A stretch of 64,000 bases of DNA, from the NCBI GenBank assembly GCA_949358305.1, contig OX442314.1, forward strand, positions 16,430,001-16,494,000, read 5' to 3'. A program made the translations under genes and the position numbers. The notes under the pieces were generated by a model. That model worked only from the letters and a program-made list of their open reading frames with translations, was not told where the DNA came from and made no database searches. The DNA comes from Strigamia acuminata. Taxonomy: Eukaryota. Positions 1 through 17,200 of this stretch are shown piece by piece. The first letter of the stretch is position 1. Every line of letters begins with the position of its first letter.

Positions 1-403
1 AGTCGCGGGGACTGTGGAGGAAGTGTTTGAAAGTTCCCCCCTGTGTGAAATCATTGACACGAATCCAAGTTTACTTTTTCCAGACGATTGTAAATTAATT
101 GGTGGAAATGTGTACGCGAAGGACCCTTGGATAGCCGTGCCCTTCGTTGATCGAGGATACTTAACTCGCGATCAAAAGGCGTTTAATAAGCGCCACGAGA
201 AAATCCAATCTATTTTGATTAAATCATTAGAACTATTGAGTAAAAGGTTTCCGAGACTGCAAATGGTGGATTTGAGAAAGACTGAATGGGTTACGGATTT
301 GGCCGTTGCTTGCTGCGTGTTACATAATATTTGTTGCTTGACCGAGGATGAAATTGAACAATTCATCGACGAAGGAATCGAATTGAAAGAAGAAAACAAT
401 TGA
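1..403 (+). CDS. 3' end of a PIF/Harbinger transposase-derived (HARBI1-like, DDE_Tnp_4) gene with a degenerate catalytic triad; 5' part lies outside the window
   Basis: Open frame with family-like blocks LIGGNVYAKDPWIAVPF (cf. LLGDSAYPLxxWLLTPY), FNKRHEKIQSILIKSLELLSKRF (cf. FNxxLSxxRxxVERAFGxLKxRF) and ACCVLHNIC; stop at 401-403. Confidence 0.85.
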   Translation, partial: VAGTVEEVFESSPLCEIIDTNPSLLFPDDCKLIGGNVYAKDPWIAVPFVDRGYLTRDQKAFNKRHEKIQSILIKSLELLSKRFPRLQMVDLRKTEWVTDLAVACCVLHNICCLTEDEIEQFIDEGIELKEENN

Positions 404-509
404 GACATTAAATGATGGAAATTGTAAACAATTAGCTCTGTTTTGTTTTTAATAATATACAAATGACGTTATTAAACGAATAAAAGACATAAATATAACA
501 AAAATCATT

Positions 510-2226
510 TCAATTCTTTGCAAGATTTGTACAAATAGTGGTCAATAAGTCAACTTTCTTTTTTTCCATCTCCATGATTTCTCTGTGTCGCTTTTGTTCG
601 TCTTTACGTTTTTCCTCTAAATAATCGCGTAGGAAAAGTAGAACTTCCATAGATTTGGATTTCTTTAAACGCTTTTTAACTGGATTTCCCTCGGAATCGC
701 TGTCCTCATCGTCGGTGAACGATGTCGGCTGATTTAAGGGTGTGCTGGGCGTATCAGGAATGCGGTTTCGAGCTAAACTCATCATCACTGCGGTGGAAGA
801 TCCAAGTAATTTGTCAATAACCTCGTAAAACTTAAAAGCTGTTTTCCTGTTATCGCCCTTCGCTTCACGGTGTTTTGCCTTCCTATACGCTTTCAGTAAA
901 CTTTTCCATTTGTTTGTCACATGCTCTGGCGTAACCTAAAGTCCAAAATTAAAAATTCAAAAACATGAAACTTTGTAAGGATTATACCGTAAATGCTCTC
1001 GCACAACACCCGCGCTCTATTGACCACAACTTAGATATCCCCTGCATCCGCATACGAAATTATTAGGCGATAATTAAAATAAATTTTCAACCTCTAAAAG
1101 TCGATGTTTGCATATAAAAATGCATTTTTTTCACATAGAAAATGTCCAAAAATCTATTTTTACTTAGAAAAGTACATTTTTAAGGCCAAAAATGCAATAA
1201 AAATGTACCTTTCTAAGTAAAAATAGATTTTTGGACAAAAATAAATGCATTTTTGCACTTTCTGGCCACATTATAAAGGATACCGCGTTCAATGAAAGCA
1301 TTTACGGTAATTAATTACCTGAATTCCTTGCTTGCTCATATCATTAGCAATTTCTTCCCAGACCTTCTTCATTTTATATCCAGGATTTCCAAACTTATCT
1401 TGATGTTTTTTGCACGCAGTGATTAGACATAACGTTTCTTTGTCGGTCCATCCTCTTCGGTTGGGATTATTGCTTATAACTTCACCTTCAAAATTTAGAT
1501 TCACTGCACTTAATAGAAATAATACTTGCGCATACATATAAATATAGGCTACCTTGGAATGACTCGGTAGTAACTTCATTTGTACCATCATTTATTTCGT
1601 CAGCGGCCTCTATCGCTGTGACAGCAACTTCGGCTGTCACGGTTTCTTCATCTTTTTTACAAGTGTGCTGCAAAGCCGCATTACTGTCCAAAAAATATTG
1701 TAGGCATTCCTTGCAAAAGAACAATGTTGTCTGGAAGGAAATTGCAAATATCCATTAGGGCTCGGGGAAAACATAATTTTTTTTTAAAAAAAGCTGTGCA
1801 ATAAACGTAGAAATTCAATAAGTAATAAAAAATAAAGCTTCGGTTGCATATTACAGTGAAAGCAATTCGGTTTTGAATGATCCAAAACGAAATTTGTTTT
1901 CACGGTCATCATCGTTCGTTTTACTAAATTTCAACTCGCAGAACTAGATCCTTTTGATCCATCACAATTATTACAAGCACAGTTGAGTACAGACGGTAAG
2001 AAAGAACGGCAGGGTCAAGTCCACACAAAATGGGAGCAAGTTCCTACCAAGTTCTAGAACTAATTCTTTATTTTAGTCGAAAATGAATTAGAGATTGATT
2101 AAAATATATTTAAAGTATAATTACATTACATTTTCGTAATTAAGCGAAGAATAAAATACATAGTTGCATGATACGTATGCATTTATAAAACTGCTAACGA
2201 ATTCTACTTACGCTTGCGGCAGCCAT
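510..2226 (-). CDS. Myb/SANT-like (Myb_DNA-bind_4 type) protein with an N-terminal C2H2-like Zn finger and C-terminal coiled coil; about 4 exons
   Basis: Reconstructed as MAAAS|TTLFFCKECLQYFLDSNAALQHTC...|...RRGWTDKETLCLITACKKHQDKFGNPGYKMKKVWEEIANDMSKQGIQ|VTPEHVTNKWKSLLKAYRK...FKFYEVIDKLLG...LEEKRKDEQKRHREIMEMEKKK. GT-AG sites are phase-compatible; the first exon (ATG at 2226 followed by GTAAGT) is inferred. Confidence 0.8.
987..1307. mobile_element. MITE with TA target site (Tc1/mariner/pogo-like ends) in an intron of the Myb/SANT gene
   Basis: TA-CCGTAAATGCT ... AGCATTTACGG-TA termini; internal hairpin with ~40-bp arms at ~1143-1237. Confidence 0.75.
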
Positions 2227-4576
2227 GTTTGCAGTTTGTTCAAAACTTTGCTGACGTAATTTAAAAGCGTAATTAACAATTTGAACGGTCTGCGTTGATA
2301 TTAGATGACGTCACATAACAATGTTTTATTCTCTGTTCTGTACGTAGCTTGTAAATCAAATAAAACCTAAATGTAAATGCCATATTGATCCGTGTATAAA
2401 ATAAATCGTTCAGTTACCACGAAGAGTGTTACTCCCTATTTTTATTACGCATTTGCATCTGTATGGTATTGAATATCGTAAATGAAAATTTCACAATTTT
2501 TCTCATCGATACTAAAATGAAATTACGGTAATTTAATTTTAAAAAAAAAATTACAAGAAAGCGTTTGTTTATTTATGAGATATAATTCGGTTACAAATAT
2601 TACAATGAAAAATTCCTTAATGAAACTACAAAAAAACTTGTTTGTATATTAAATCTTGAACAAATTTTACAGTGGTGGACACAATCAGATTTACTTTCAA
2701 CTTAAAACCGTCATGAAAATTATAAGAATCCAAAACAAAACCAATAAACTAAAATAATAATAATAATAATAATCTGATGTGATGTTTGTGATAAAATTTT
2801 TTGTACAATATAGTTACAGAGCTTGTTCATGATGAAAACGTATACCGTACATTTAGATGAGGACTGAGTGATGGGATAAAATATCTTTATCAAACGCTAT
2901 GCAATCTGACAAACACATAGTACCGGAAAACAAATCAAAATGTCATAATGTAATAAAAGAAAATAAAAAATTTACAATACCACAGAAAGAAAGTAAAAGT
3001 AAAAGAAAAAAAAACCAAAAAGCAAACTCGAACATGAAATATTTTTCCATGAACTTGAATTCGTTTAAATTTAATCCCAAATCTAAGCACTTAAATCCAA
3101 CTGATGCTTCCATCACATGATTCCTCACGAAAATTAATCTGTACAAAACCGAATATAACACTATGTACACAGAGAAATTGATTGGAATCAGCTATTGAAT
3201 TCTGTTAGTAAAAATATTTGTTTTAAAAAAATTGTAAAGGTGCAGTTTTTCCAGTTTAAATTAGTTAATAAACTTCACCTTTAACAACGAGTAGAAAGTT
3301 TTCTCAGTAGTCTGCAGCCTGATATGCCCTGCATTTTTATGTCAGAAAAATTCCCTGTACAGTTAGTTGTCAAGTGTTTTGAGCGGGAATAAATGTTTGC
3401 ATTTTGATTAATTACATATGAAATTTCCAGACAAAATACGCAATATTAGAGAGAATAAAACAAAAAACTGAGAACATAAAAGGCACATTAAAAAGAATCG
3501 TATAAAATAAAATACATCACCTACAAAATAAAAATAAAAAATCCTACTTATGGTTTCTAGCCAAATATTTGAATATTTATACACATTATATGCAAGATAT
3601 TTTTTTTTCCTTTTTCCACGTTAACGAATTATGCGCAAAATATGTTAAAAACAGCAGTCAACAATAATTTAGGAACCAGGTTTAGTTAAAATTTCTTTTC
3701 CTTATTTTCCAGCTACCTTACAGTGGTGTTTTGTAAAGCGAAATTCAAATCTCAGCTTCGGTGTTTCAAATTCCATTACAAAACAACAAAGTACGTAGTT
3801 AACTCTGCTAAAAGAATTAATACACAAAAAAATCAAAACTTTAAAATCTGACCACCTTTATTCCCTGATTACAAGATGAATGACAATTAATAGGCATTGA
3901 TGAATGGGATGTGACAAATTTTCAATGAAAAAAATACGGTCTAATATATTTTCCATGCCAATAGTTTATTATTTTCAGTGATAATACCAATTAGCTGAGT
4001 CGGGGTAATCGTATAAAAATATTTTGTTTCCATCTACTGTGTTTGACTGTAGTAAAATTTCCAAATGTTTCGTGTGGTCAAGTCCCAAGCCATACAATAA
4101 GATCACTACTACATTTATTCAAATTTCTAAAATATGAAAACATTTCAACTTCTTATGACGGCTTTGCACTGGTAGTGAAGATTTTTTCTTTTTCATTTTC
4201 TGTTATTTATTTTTTTTTTAAAAAGAAAAAAAAAAAGATGTGTAATTCTTTTCATCTCAATTGCAAGGACTATTTAAAAAAGAAAAAAATCCTTCAAAAA
4301 CTCTTATGAAACCCCAATAATGTCTCACCACATGGTATTATTATACTTTTATGTGTTTTTATGTTTTAATGTTTTTTTTTTTTTTTCCTTTTTTTTTTAT
4401 TTTTACACTAACAAAACCAAGTGTAACACTTCACTCCTATCAGTTCCACAATTTCCTTGGGCCCCATCATTAGGTTTAGCAGCAGTTCTCTATGGGGCTG
4501 CGTGTCTTTCAAGACGTCCTGCAACCCGGCGAGCTATTTTGCTAACAGATGAGAACTAATAACACTTCAAGTTTCG

Positions 4577-8493
<3,917 letters not shown>

Positions 8494-9390
8494 GCTGTCT
8501 GTTTTCTAACCGATCCTGGGGAAGTGTTTCCCGTTACCGCATCGTACGCATTATTCTGCCTGGAAAAAAAGTCGTATTTATAGGCAATTCGACAAATTTA
8601 CGTCTGTCTTTCGTTTTCGTGCAAGGGCCGTGCATGCAACGATTGAGGAACGTTGTGTTGTACTCTCAAACCAAATTGGGTTAGGGTTAGGCACTAAGCC
8701 TAATGATGACAAAAGTAAAGACAGAGCCGAAGCACTTTTCTCGCATCGTCCTTTTCGATGTGTATACACGTTTGTTTCTGCCGATTGCACGTGTTTAATG
8801 CGGGTATATTTTTTGCAGAGTGTTTTAAACTGCTCTGCGCGAAATTGGATAGAAAATGACAAATTTGTACGTCTCTTACCTATTCTTTCAATCATCTATA
8901 CCGAGAAACAGACGCCATGTTGGATTCACAACAACTACCTACGGGGTTTCATTCCCATAAAGCAGGGACTCCCGCCAAAATTCGAAAGCATGACGTCATT
9001 TTGTAATAGTTTATGGATATTAAGTGATTTTATTTTTATTTTATTTTCATTTTGTACATCAAAAACAGCAACATTTTTGTTGGAAATAAAGAAATTCATG
9101 AGTTATCTTGAATCTTGACACTCGAAAACGCGTAAACCAAAAAAAAATCGTGTAGTACGAAAATTATTGATTAAATTTTACGAATTTCATTTTTCTCTCT
9201 TTAAGAGCTTAATAAATCTTGTTCACGAACAAACATGACAAGAGTGTTTTCTCTCGAATTTCTGTAATTATAGTAGCACATAAACAATCGAAAAAATTGG
9301 CCAATCGCAACACGCGAGCTAATCTTGTCGAAAAACAATAATAAGGGTGGCGACGTGATAGATAGAACAGCTGCAAAGCAAAACACAAGT

Positions 9391-11007
9391 ATGGCGGCCA
9401 GTTGCGGCCGCAATCTGTTAGAACATCCCGGTGAAATATTGGAGAAGATAATTTCGTTTTGCAATTTTGACGAAATTACACGTTTACGTTTGGTAAGTGC
9501 AAACACAATTACACATTAATTTCCAAAAGCCAAGTGGACAATCGTACGATAACGACGTTAACAAAATATTTTTTAAATTTCTTGACTCATCGATCCGATT
9601 GAAATACAGGTGTGCAAGACGTTCGACCGCCACTGCAAAGCGCTCTTAAATAAGGGATTTATTTCCGTGGATCGGTATCACGCTCAGTGCTTGCGGCAGG
9701 TGAAGTCGCAGTTGCCTCGTCGAGAGTCTGAAAGGCGAAATCACCCATTAGCCAGACATTGTGACATCCTTACAGCGATTGAAACCCGTCTCTCGTTACT
9801 CGGAATGACTTTTTTGAAATATGTTGATACCAATCTGTGCTGTTTTATCCCCGGGAAGGTTTGTAACATTTGCGTTTTTGTTTATTTCAATTTTTATAGT
9901 TTTATTTGTATAGGTAATTGATGAAATCTATCGAGTACTCCGTTACATTCAACAAACACCTTCCCCGCCAAGAGCTCACGAAATTTTGCAGGAGCTTCGT
10001 GATATATCATCGATGGCTATGGAGCATTTTGATGAGAAAATTGTTCCTATAATTAAGCAGAAAATGATACATGGAAATGTACCAACTAGGTTATCCATTC
10101 CTACCCCTGGACATTTTTCGTTGTCGGGTAATAAACTAATAGTAGATAGATAAAATAATTTTGGTATTTAAAGATTGATTTTTTTTTTTAGGTCCTTCAA
10201 CTCTTGTGAACAGTCCACGGGCATTCCCGATTCCACGGACTATACGACAAGACTTGTTTAAACTTCAACAAAGTTCTAAGCAAACAAATACTAGTTTGCT
10301 CAGCCTGAAGAAAGAAATTTCAGAGCAGAAAACTAAAGTAATAAGAATTAAAGTGTCAATTTATGCTGTTATTTGGATTGTTTATGTGAAATATCAATGT
10401 AGACATATTGGAAAAGTAAAAAAAAAATATATTGGCCATTTTTCAAGTATTTTTCAAATATGGAATTACATATTTTTAAAATTTAACAATTTTATTTTGT
10501 TGTTGACGCCCGTTTCCGACTCTTATTTGAGATTTTCCGAACATTACAAAACATGTGGCGATCCTGGTTGATAATTATTTTTGTGTCCGTTTTCAGATTA
10601 CAGAACATAAGAAGAAAATATTAGACAGCGAGAAACAGATTTTAGAACAAAGCAGAATTATTAGTGAGCAAAATGCAAAAATGACTGAACAAGAGAGCAA
10701 GCTTAACGAAGTGAATCGGAAAATTCTGGAATACGATCAAAAGTTTTCCGATTTGATGGCGGAATTGATCAGATGCCGCGAGGAAGTTCATGGACATGAA
10801 AATGGGTCGAGGACTCAATCTAACACACCTGTAATTGTGGAGCGAGACGATGCATTAAAAAATGAAGAGACGTCTGTCGTGAAATCTGATTTCCAGTCTT
10901 CTGTGAAAACACGAAGTGCGAGAACTGCGCAGAAGCGGCAGATTTCGGAACCCGATGTTTCTGTTGCCGTTAATGAAATGAAACAGAAACGAAGGAAACA
11001 AAAATGA
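9391..11007 (+). CDS. FBXO28: F-box only protein 28 homolog, multi-exon
   Basis: F-box LLEHPGEILEKIISFCNFDEITRLRLV followed by VKSQLPRRESERRNHPLARHCDILTAIETRLSLLGMTFLKYVD and ELRDISSMAMEHFDEKI; coiled-coil C-terminus. Confidence 0.93.
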
Positions 11008-11182
11008 TAAAATACATTTTTATATTTATACTTTTTGTTCGGTTTTAGTATTTATACAGTGATATAATTTGTTTTGATTTTTGGTAGTAAAAATATATTT
11101 TCTGTTAATATGAATAGAATTTCATGTTTTTTTCTTTTAAAAAAGAAAACATTAATTGAAAAGTTTTGTAGCTTTAAAACGT

Positions 11183-12361
11183 TTACAGAATAAACGGAAT
11201 CAATGCTTTCCTTGATTTTGGATAATCTTCGAATTTGTCTAAATAAAATCTGTCAAAAACAAAAAAAAAATTAATTTAAAACACTAAAAACGACATTTTC
11301 TGCGCAAAATCTTTGTAATTACACGTGATGGTGGCACGCACGCCAACCCAAAAACAGTGTTGAGAACAGAGCGAAAGATATGGCACAGAAACTCCAACAC
11401 GCTATGCCGAACCCCCACCATTCAACTATCTCGCCCAGATAATTAGCACCTGATACGTAATTAAAAACACCACCTAAAACAAGTAATAAAAAAAATATTT
11501 TTAAGCCAAAATTTTACCCAAAAATACAAATAAAAATAAAATAATTTTTTTTGCACCGTATGGTATTTTATAACCGGTTTCTCCAGGTTTTCTCAGATTG
11601 CGAAGAACATGGTCGGAATGAATATTAACAATCATTCCGATAAAAAATAACGCAATTCCTAAAATGAGATTTATCTTTCAATTTATAAATAAAACACTCA
11701 AAAAAAAAGTTAAAAAAAAAAAAATTATCAAGTTTTCGGAAATAAAGTTGTAAGTTTTGAAACAAGAAAACGTACCACTGAAATATCTAAAATCATTGCT
11801 CCAAGAAACAGGATAAAGCGCAACATTGATTAAATAATAGCTTTGAAGAAATCCGTTGTACGTGCAAAACAGGAAAGCGCCAAGTGAAATTAGGATCGGA
11901 CTCGGTTTAGTGCCTTGTAGAAGCCAAGGAAAAATAAGAGTTCTACAGAAAATGTAAACAACTAAGGTAAACTTTGTGTTAAATGTTTTTGAAGGTCTGA
12001 AAAAAAATCACCTTTGAAAGTAATGAAGAACGAACAGAGATAGAAGTATTTTGTTTGGATAAGAAACTGTCAACATGACACGATCGGTGAAGAAATATAC
12101 CAGGAAAGGAAGAATAAAAGACGGGCATTCTTGAATCATCCAACTCAGTCGCCCGTTGATTCGAAAGCCGGTGGATGAGGAGTATCGGCCGTAAGGTGCC
12201 GGCATGAAACCGAATGCTACAAACATGGTAAAACCGAATACACACAACATCACCGACATGTTGTGCATGAGTTCGTAGTCATTGCTGCTCCAAAACAACG
12301 GCATTACATATTTCTCCATTACAGACTCTCTGCTGAAGTCGGTAACCGAACCTCTACCCAT
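11183..12361 (-). CDS. SRD5A1: 3-oxo-5-alpha-steroid 4-dehydrogenase (SRD5A1/2-like), multi-exon
   Basis: APYGRY, WMIQECPSF, HYFQR, NIHSDHVLRNLRKPGETGYKIP, GANYLGEIVEWWG and YLDKFEDYPKSRKALIPFIL*; exact start Met uncertain. Confidence 0.92.
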
Positions 12362-13098
12362 GAATGACTATAATTTTCGACGAGTAAAAATTTATCTTCT
12401 TCTTTCGGTTTATTGTATTTGCACATTTCTGTGGTCGATTTTATCAATAAACTGCATCGAACTGAAAGATAAAACCGAAACAATAAAATGAAAATAAAAT
12501 GAAAAGGTTCTAAGCACGCAAATAAAAAAACACAATTCAAAATCTTATCGCTTGATTTTTTAGATGTTGTTAAGAATGATTGCTATCGTGTGTGTGGGAG
12601 TACAGTACTTGCACACCGCTATTTGTACAAATCTGATTTCTATTTTTCTAATATTTTGTAATATTATTTTTTCCGAGTTTAGATTACAAATAAATTTTTT
12701 TGATTTTTGGTATTATTCAAATCCAGTTCTTTTTTTAAAAACTATACGCATAACCAAAAAAAAGATAACAAAAGAAAACAAACTTCTGTTGCCATATCAT
12801 AATTCATAAACTATATATTTCGAAGGTCTATGAAGCAAGGCTACTTGAATACTATGAAGGACAGAGTCGAGATAACGATGATTCTATTTTTTACCTTTCT
12901 AAATAAAACCACATTAAATAGCGAACAAATCTTATTGGCTTTAAATCTAGGATTTGTTCTTTACGCATTCGTGGCCCGATTTCCGCTTTCGGTCAACTCG
13001 CGCCTGTACCTTGATCTGGTGCAAAGAAATCATTGCAATCATCCGAGTGGAGGCTGAGCATCTTTTCATCTTGACCCACGTGTTTTCTGCCAGCATCT

Positions 13099-13578
13099 AT
13101 GGTCGCAATGCGTAAGACCGTTGTAAACGACGTGAAATTTGCAGGCGAAGATCACAAAGCGAAAATCTACGAACCGAAACAGAACAAGAAATTGATTCGT
13201 TTACTCACAGTCATGGGCTATATTTTCTCCGTATCTCTCGTTGCGATCATGCTATCGTTATACTATGTATTTTTATGGGATCCCAACCTTAAGTCGGCGG
13301 CACATCGCTCGACCAAAGCGCCTTTAATTCACGCGACGCCGGCGTTTGTGCAAACGCAAGAAAATTCGCCAGATGTGAGCAGCTTGCCGATCAATATTCC
13401 AGCGACTGAGATTTCCAGCAACGCCGTTGGTGCACAGCCGAACCCAAACATCGGCGAAAGAAAGTACAAACATGAGAAAAACAATATACAAATCATTGCA
13501 AGTGATGCGCTCGGTGCTTCGAACCCGAATGCCTCCTCCCTGTGGAAAGGTTCGTCAACCCCGAGAGGTGACAGTTAA
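13099..13578 (+). CDS. InaF-motif containing single-pass membrane protein
   Basis: KKLIRLLTVMGYIFSVSLVAIMLSLYYVFLWDP matches the InaF motif; single ORF. Confidence 0.85.
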   Translation: MVAMRKTVVNDVKFAGEDHKAKIYEPKQNKKLIRLLTVMGYIFSVSLVAIMLSLYYVFLWDPNLKSAAHRSTKAPLIHATPAFVQTQENSPDVSSLPINIPATEISSNAVGAQPNPNIGERKYKHEKNNIQIIASDALGASNPNASSLWKGSSTPRGDS

Positions 13579-14288
13579 ATCCTCCATCTCGGACAACAAA
13601 AAATAATCAATCAATCAAAATATTTAAATAACACAAGGTAATGTTTCCGTTTATGTTGCATTTATTGATTGTATAATACCAAATTGTGTTGACTAAGTTT
13701 TTTTCACTACTTTTTTATGACGTATTATTTTGAATTTATTTATTTATTTATTTTATTTATTATGTACAATTATTTTATATATATATTTTTTAAATAACTT
13801 AAATTTTTCATTCATTTAACATCTTTTTTATTATTGCCATACTGTATTAATTCTATTTCTGGGTTTTAAAAATCAATTGTTATAAATAATTCACTCATTT
13901 AAATATAGTTACTGCTTAGTTTCACCTGCTTGTAGCGAATTCAGCGCTGATTTTTACTCCGCTTGTTCAAGTTTAAGATAATTAATATCTTCCCATGCCA
14001 AATTTTATGCTCAAAATAATTTTTATTATTTTTCACTTGTTTTCTCCACATTTGAGCTTCGCTTTAATTCTATGTTGCCAACTGTACATAGGTTAATATT
14101 TTATGAAATGTATTTATCTTGACTTATTCATTACTGTGAATTAAAGCTGCCATATGTTATTGGTGTAATTAGGAACTGCTGTTTAATTAAAATGTTTAAT
14201 TAAAAATGTTTAACTTCGCCTTAAGTAACAGGGTGGTTTTATTCCAATACAAAATGAAAAGTTACATTTATTATTATTATTATTATTA

Positions 14289-17200
14289 TTACTGTAATAA
14301 CATTGTTTTTGTTATTTTTTCATAACCTGCTTGAATAAAAAAACGAAATTCTTGAGAATCTTTCAAATCACCCAGTTCTTCGCTGTTTAAAATGTCATCA
14401 AGAGGAGATAAAAACGAACTCAAATCCGAACCTTAATTTTTTAAATAATCGATATCAATAAGTGTATTGCATTTTTCAAAACCTAAATCCTTTTACCTTC
14501 AAATTGTATTAAGTCGACTATTTTGAAAAAAATGGTTTGCTCGCACGAATTCAACGGCTTATTCATATCTAAATCATCCCAGCTGTAATACAAAAGTCAA
14601 TTTCTTTTCTTCATGATGTATTTTTCATTTTACTTCACCTGTCTTTTAAAATCGCCGTGCACCAAATCTGCAGTTTCAAACCATCAATCTCATCAAGGCT
14701 CAAATCCTTAAAAAAAATATTAAAATATTTTAAAGAATTTACGGAGTATTAATTATTCTATTTTTTCAAACCTTGTCCATGAACTGCAATAAATCCAAAG
14801 CTTTTTTGAAATCGTATTCGTTGCTATTGGCATTCGCATCACAGATATACAACTGAAATTCCAAAATAAATTTGCACAATTTACGAATTTAATCACGATT
14901 AAAACAATCCGTACCTCGATTAACTCTTTCGGAGTCATTACTTTCATGGTATCGGAATCATATCCAAAATTCTAGCGCCAAACGATACAAATATAAATTA
15001 GATAAAAACATAATAAAAAAAATGTATATCTTCAATATACCTCTAAAACAGCAGATGGTAAATTTTCTTGATGAAATATCAGTTCTTGTTCTCTATTTAA
15101 AGCTTAAAAAAATAAACAAAAATATAAACAAACTTTTAAATAAATAAAAGTTCCATTTTACCAGCGATCTTGGCGTCCTTCTGTTCCTTATCTTGGTCCG
15201 ACACTAGAGTTGTCAATTTACTCAAACTCAACAAAGTCTATCAAGTTATAAGAAAAACATTAAGCCACAATTCAAAAAGCTCCGCAATCTTTACCTTCTT
15301 TTTTGCCAAATTATCCTTTTCGTTCAGCGCCAATTCCTCTAAGGTCTCTTGAGCTTCGGCGTATTTACGTATTTTAATATTATGCAACCAACTAAGATTC
15401 CTGTGTTGTTTCAGAAAGTTTTCCAATTCCACATGTTGGGTAACAGGCTGCGTTAACAGTTTCCCCCTTTTTCCTTCTTTTAAATACCATTTAAAAACAA
15501 ACTCCGAAAAATTCTTCAAAATAAATAAATAAATAAATAAATAAAACATATTATAAATTGTAAGCTACTACCATAGTACCTTATCTGCAAATTGATTCAT
15601 ATAGCGTTGTAGTCGTTCTTGGTTGTTAGTCGATTCGCACAACTGTATTAGAATTCCAAAATCACAATATTTCTCAGCTAAAACTGCCGCCCGATCGAAC
15701 TGTTCAGCTTCCACTACAATTAATTATTAAAAGTGTCAAATAAAAACAACGAAACATCACACATCTTACACAATGGGCTGATTAATTTATTCCTATCGCT
15801 TTGGTAATGTTGCAAGACCAATTCGTAATGTTCATCATCTCCTGTATTGCTAACAGATTCCAACTGGACACAATATCCGTTAAGAACTACATCTGCCAAA
15901 TTAACAAGTTCTTGATATAACAACCCTTGCGTCTGAACATCTTCAACACCCTGTGCAATAATACTCGTTGTTTTCTCAAACTAAAAGCAAAAAATGTTGC
16001 AAAAATGTTAAAAATTCTTAACCCTAAAAAAGGAAGGAAAAACACCTGTTTAATTAACAGATTTCGAATGCCATCATTGCCAGTTGTTGCCATCCATGGA
16101 ATATATTCCGTGTCAGGTTCTCCCGGTGGAATTTGATAAATCCCAGCTTTCTGCTGTTGATATTGCCAAGCATCTTGAAAAATAGCCTAAGTTTACAGCA
16201 AATTAACAGTTAATTAAGACATTTAAAACAAATTAAGACAATTATAAAATGCATTGAAATTACTTGAAAAATTGTGTTAACAGCCATGATTCGTTTTACA
16301 ATATCTTGACTGGTGATGTCGGCGTGTGGATCGTCAGCACATTCTATTAAGGCCGGAACAATATCTTGAACCTTCGACACCTCTCGATAAAACAAATCCT
16401 GGTGCGTCAGTTTCCCTTTCAAGTCAATATTTCGTTTTTGTAAAACAATTTTAATAGCCTGATCTATTAACGAATCGTGCCTGCAAAATGCGAATAGTCT
16501 AAGATTGGTTTATATTTAACAAATATGAGATAACGAACTGTAAATGCAGATTTCTCAGCGCAAGACTCGCAACTATTTTCTCCGCATGTTCCCTAAGAAG
16601 TAACCGCGTTGGAATGACTACATCGTGTTCTACCGTAGTAGAAGTAAACTAAACGAACAAAAATTTATAATAAACGTTTGATAAAAAGAAAAATATAGAA
16701 ATTCACCTTGTTCCAAAGTCCACTCTCTTTTAAAAATGCAATAAAAACAAGATGGGCTCGTTGTTTATCTTCCAATTGACGTAATATAATTAGAGATGAT
16801 GTGCTACTCATCGAATCTAATTTTTTTTTTAAATATCAATAAAAATTATATTCGTGACATTTAAGACATTACCATATGGTACTGCTTCAGCCCAACGAGG
16901 ATCTGATGCTGGGTAGTCATCAATTATATCTTTAGAAACGTTTGCAACTAACATATTCAACAAAAGTTCAACATCCAATAGATTTGATGATGGAGGAGGA
17001 AACAAATTATCCAAAACTGCTTGACTATCGACCTAAAAACAGAGTTAAATCACATTAAATACATGTATAGTTTTTAATATTTCATTTTTTTTTAGTTACT
17101 AGATTCCGCTTGCAGTGTAACAGAAAGGCTTCTTTGAATTGAATTACTTTATCTTCTTTACCTACATCTTGCTCCTGTCTCGAAAATCTCAAACTGATAC

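Noticed and set aside
2829..2867. C/D snoRNA-like ATGATGA...CTGA
   Set aside because: Only about 40 nt, no terminal stem, and not in a same-strand intron.
8578..9118. ORFs of 162 aa (+) and 105 aa (-) between PPP4R3 and FBXO28
   Set aside because: No recognisable motifs, non-ATG starts, and they overlap the 5' UTR/promoter region.
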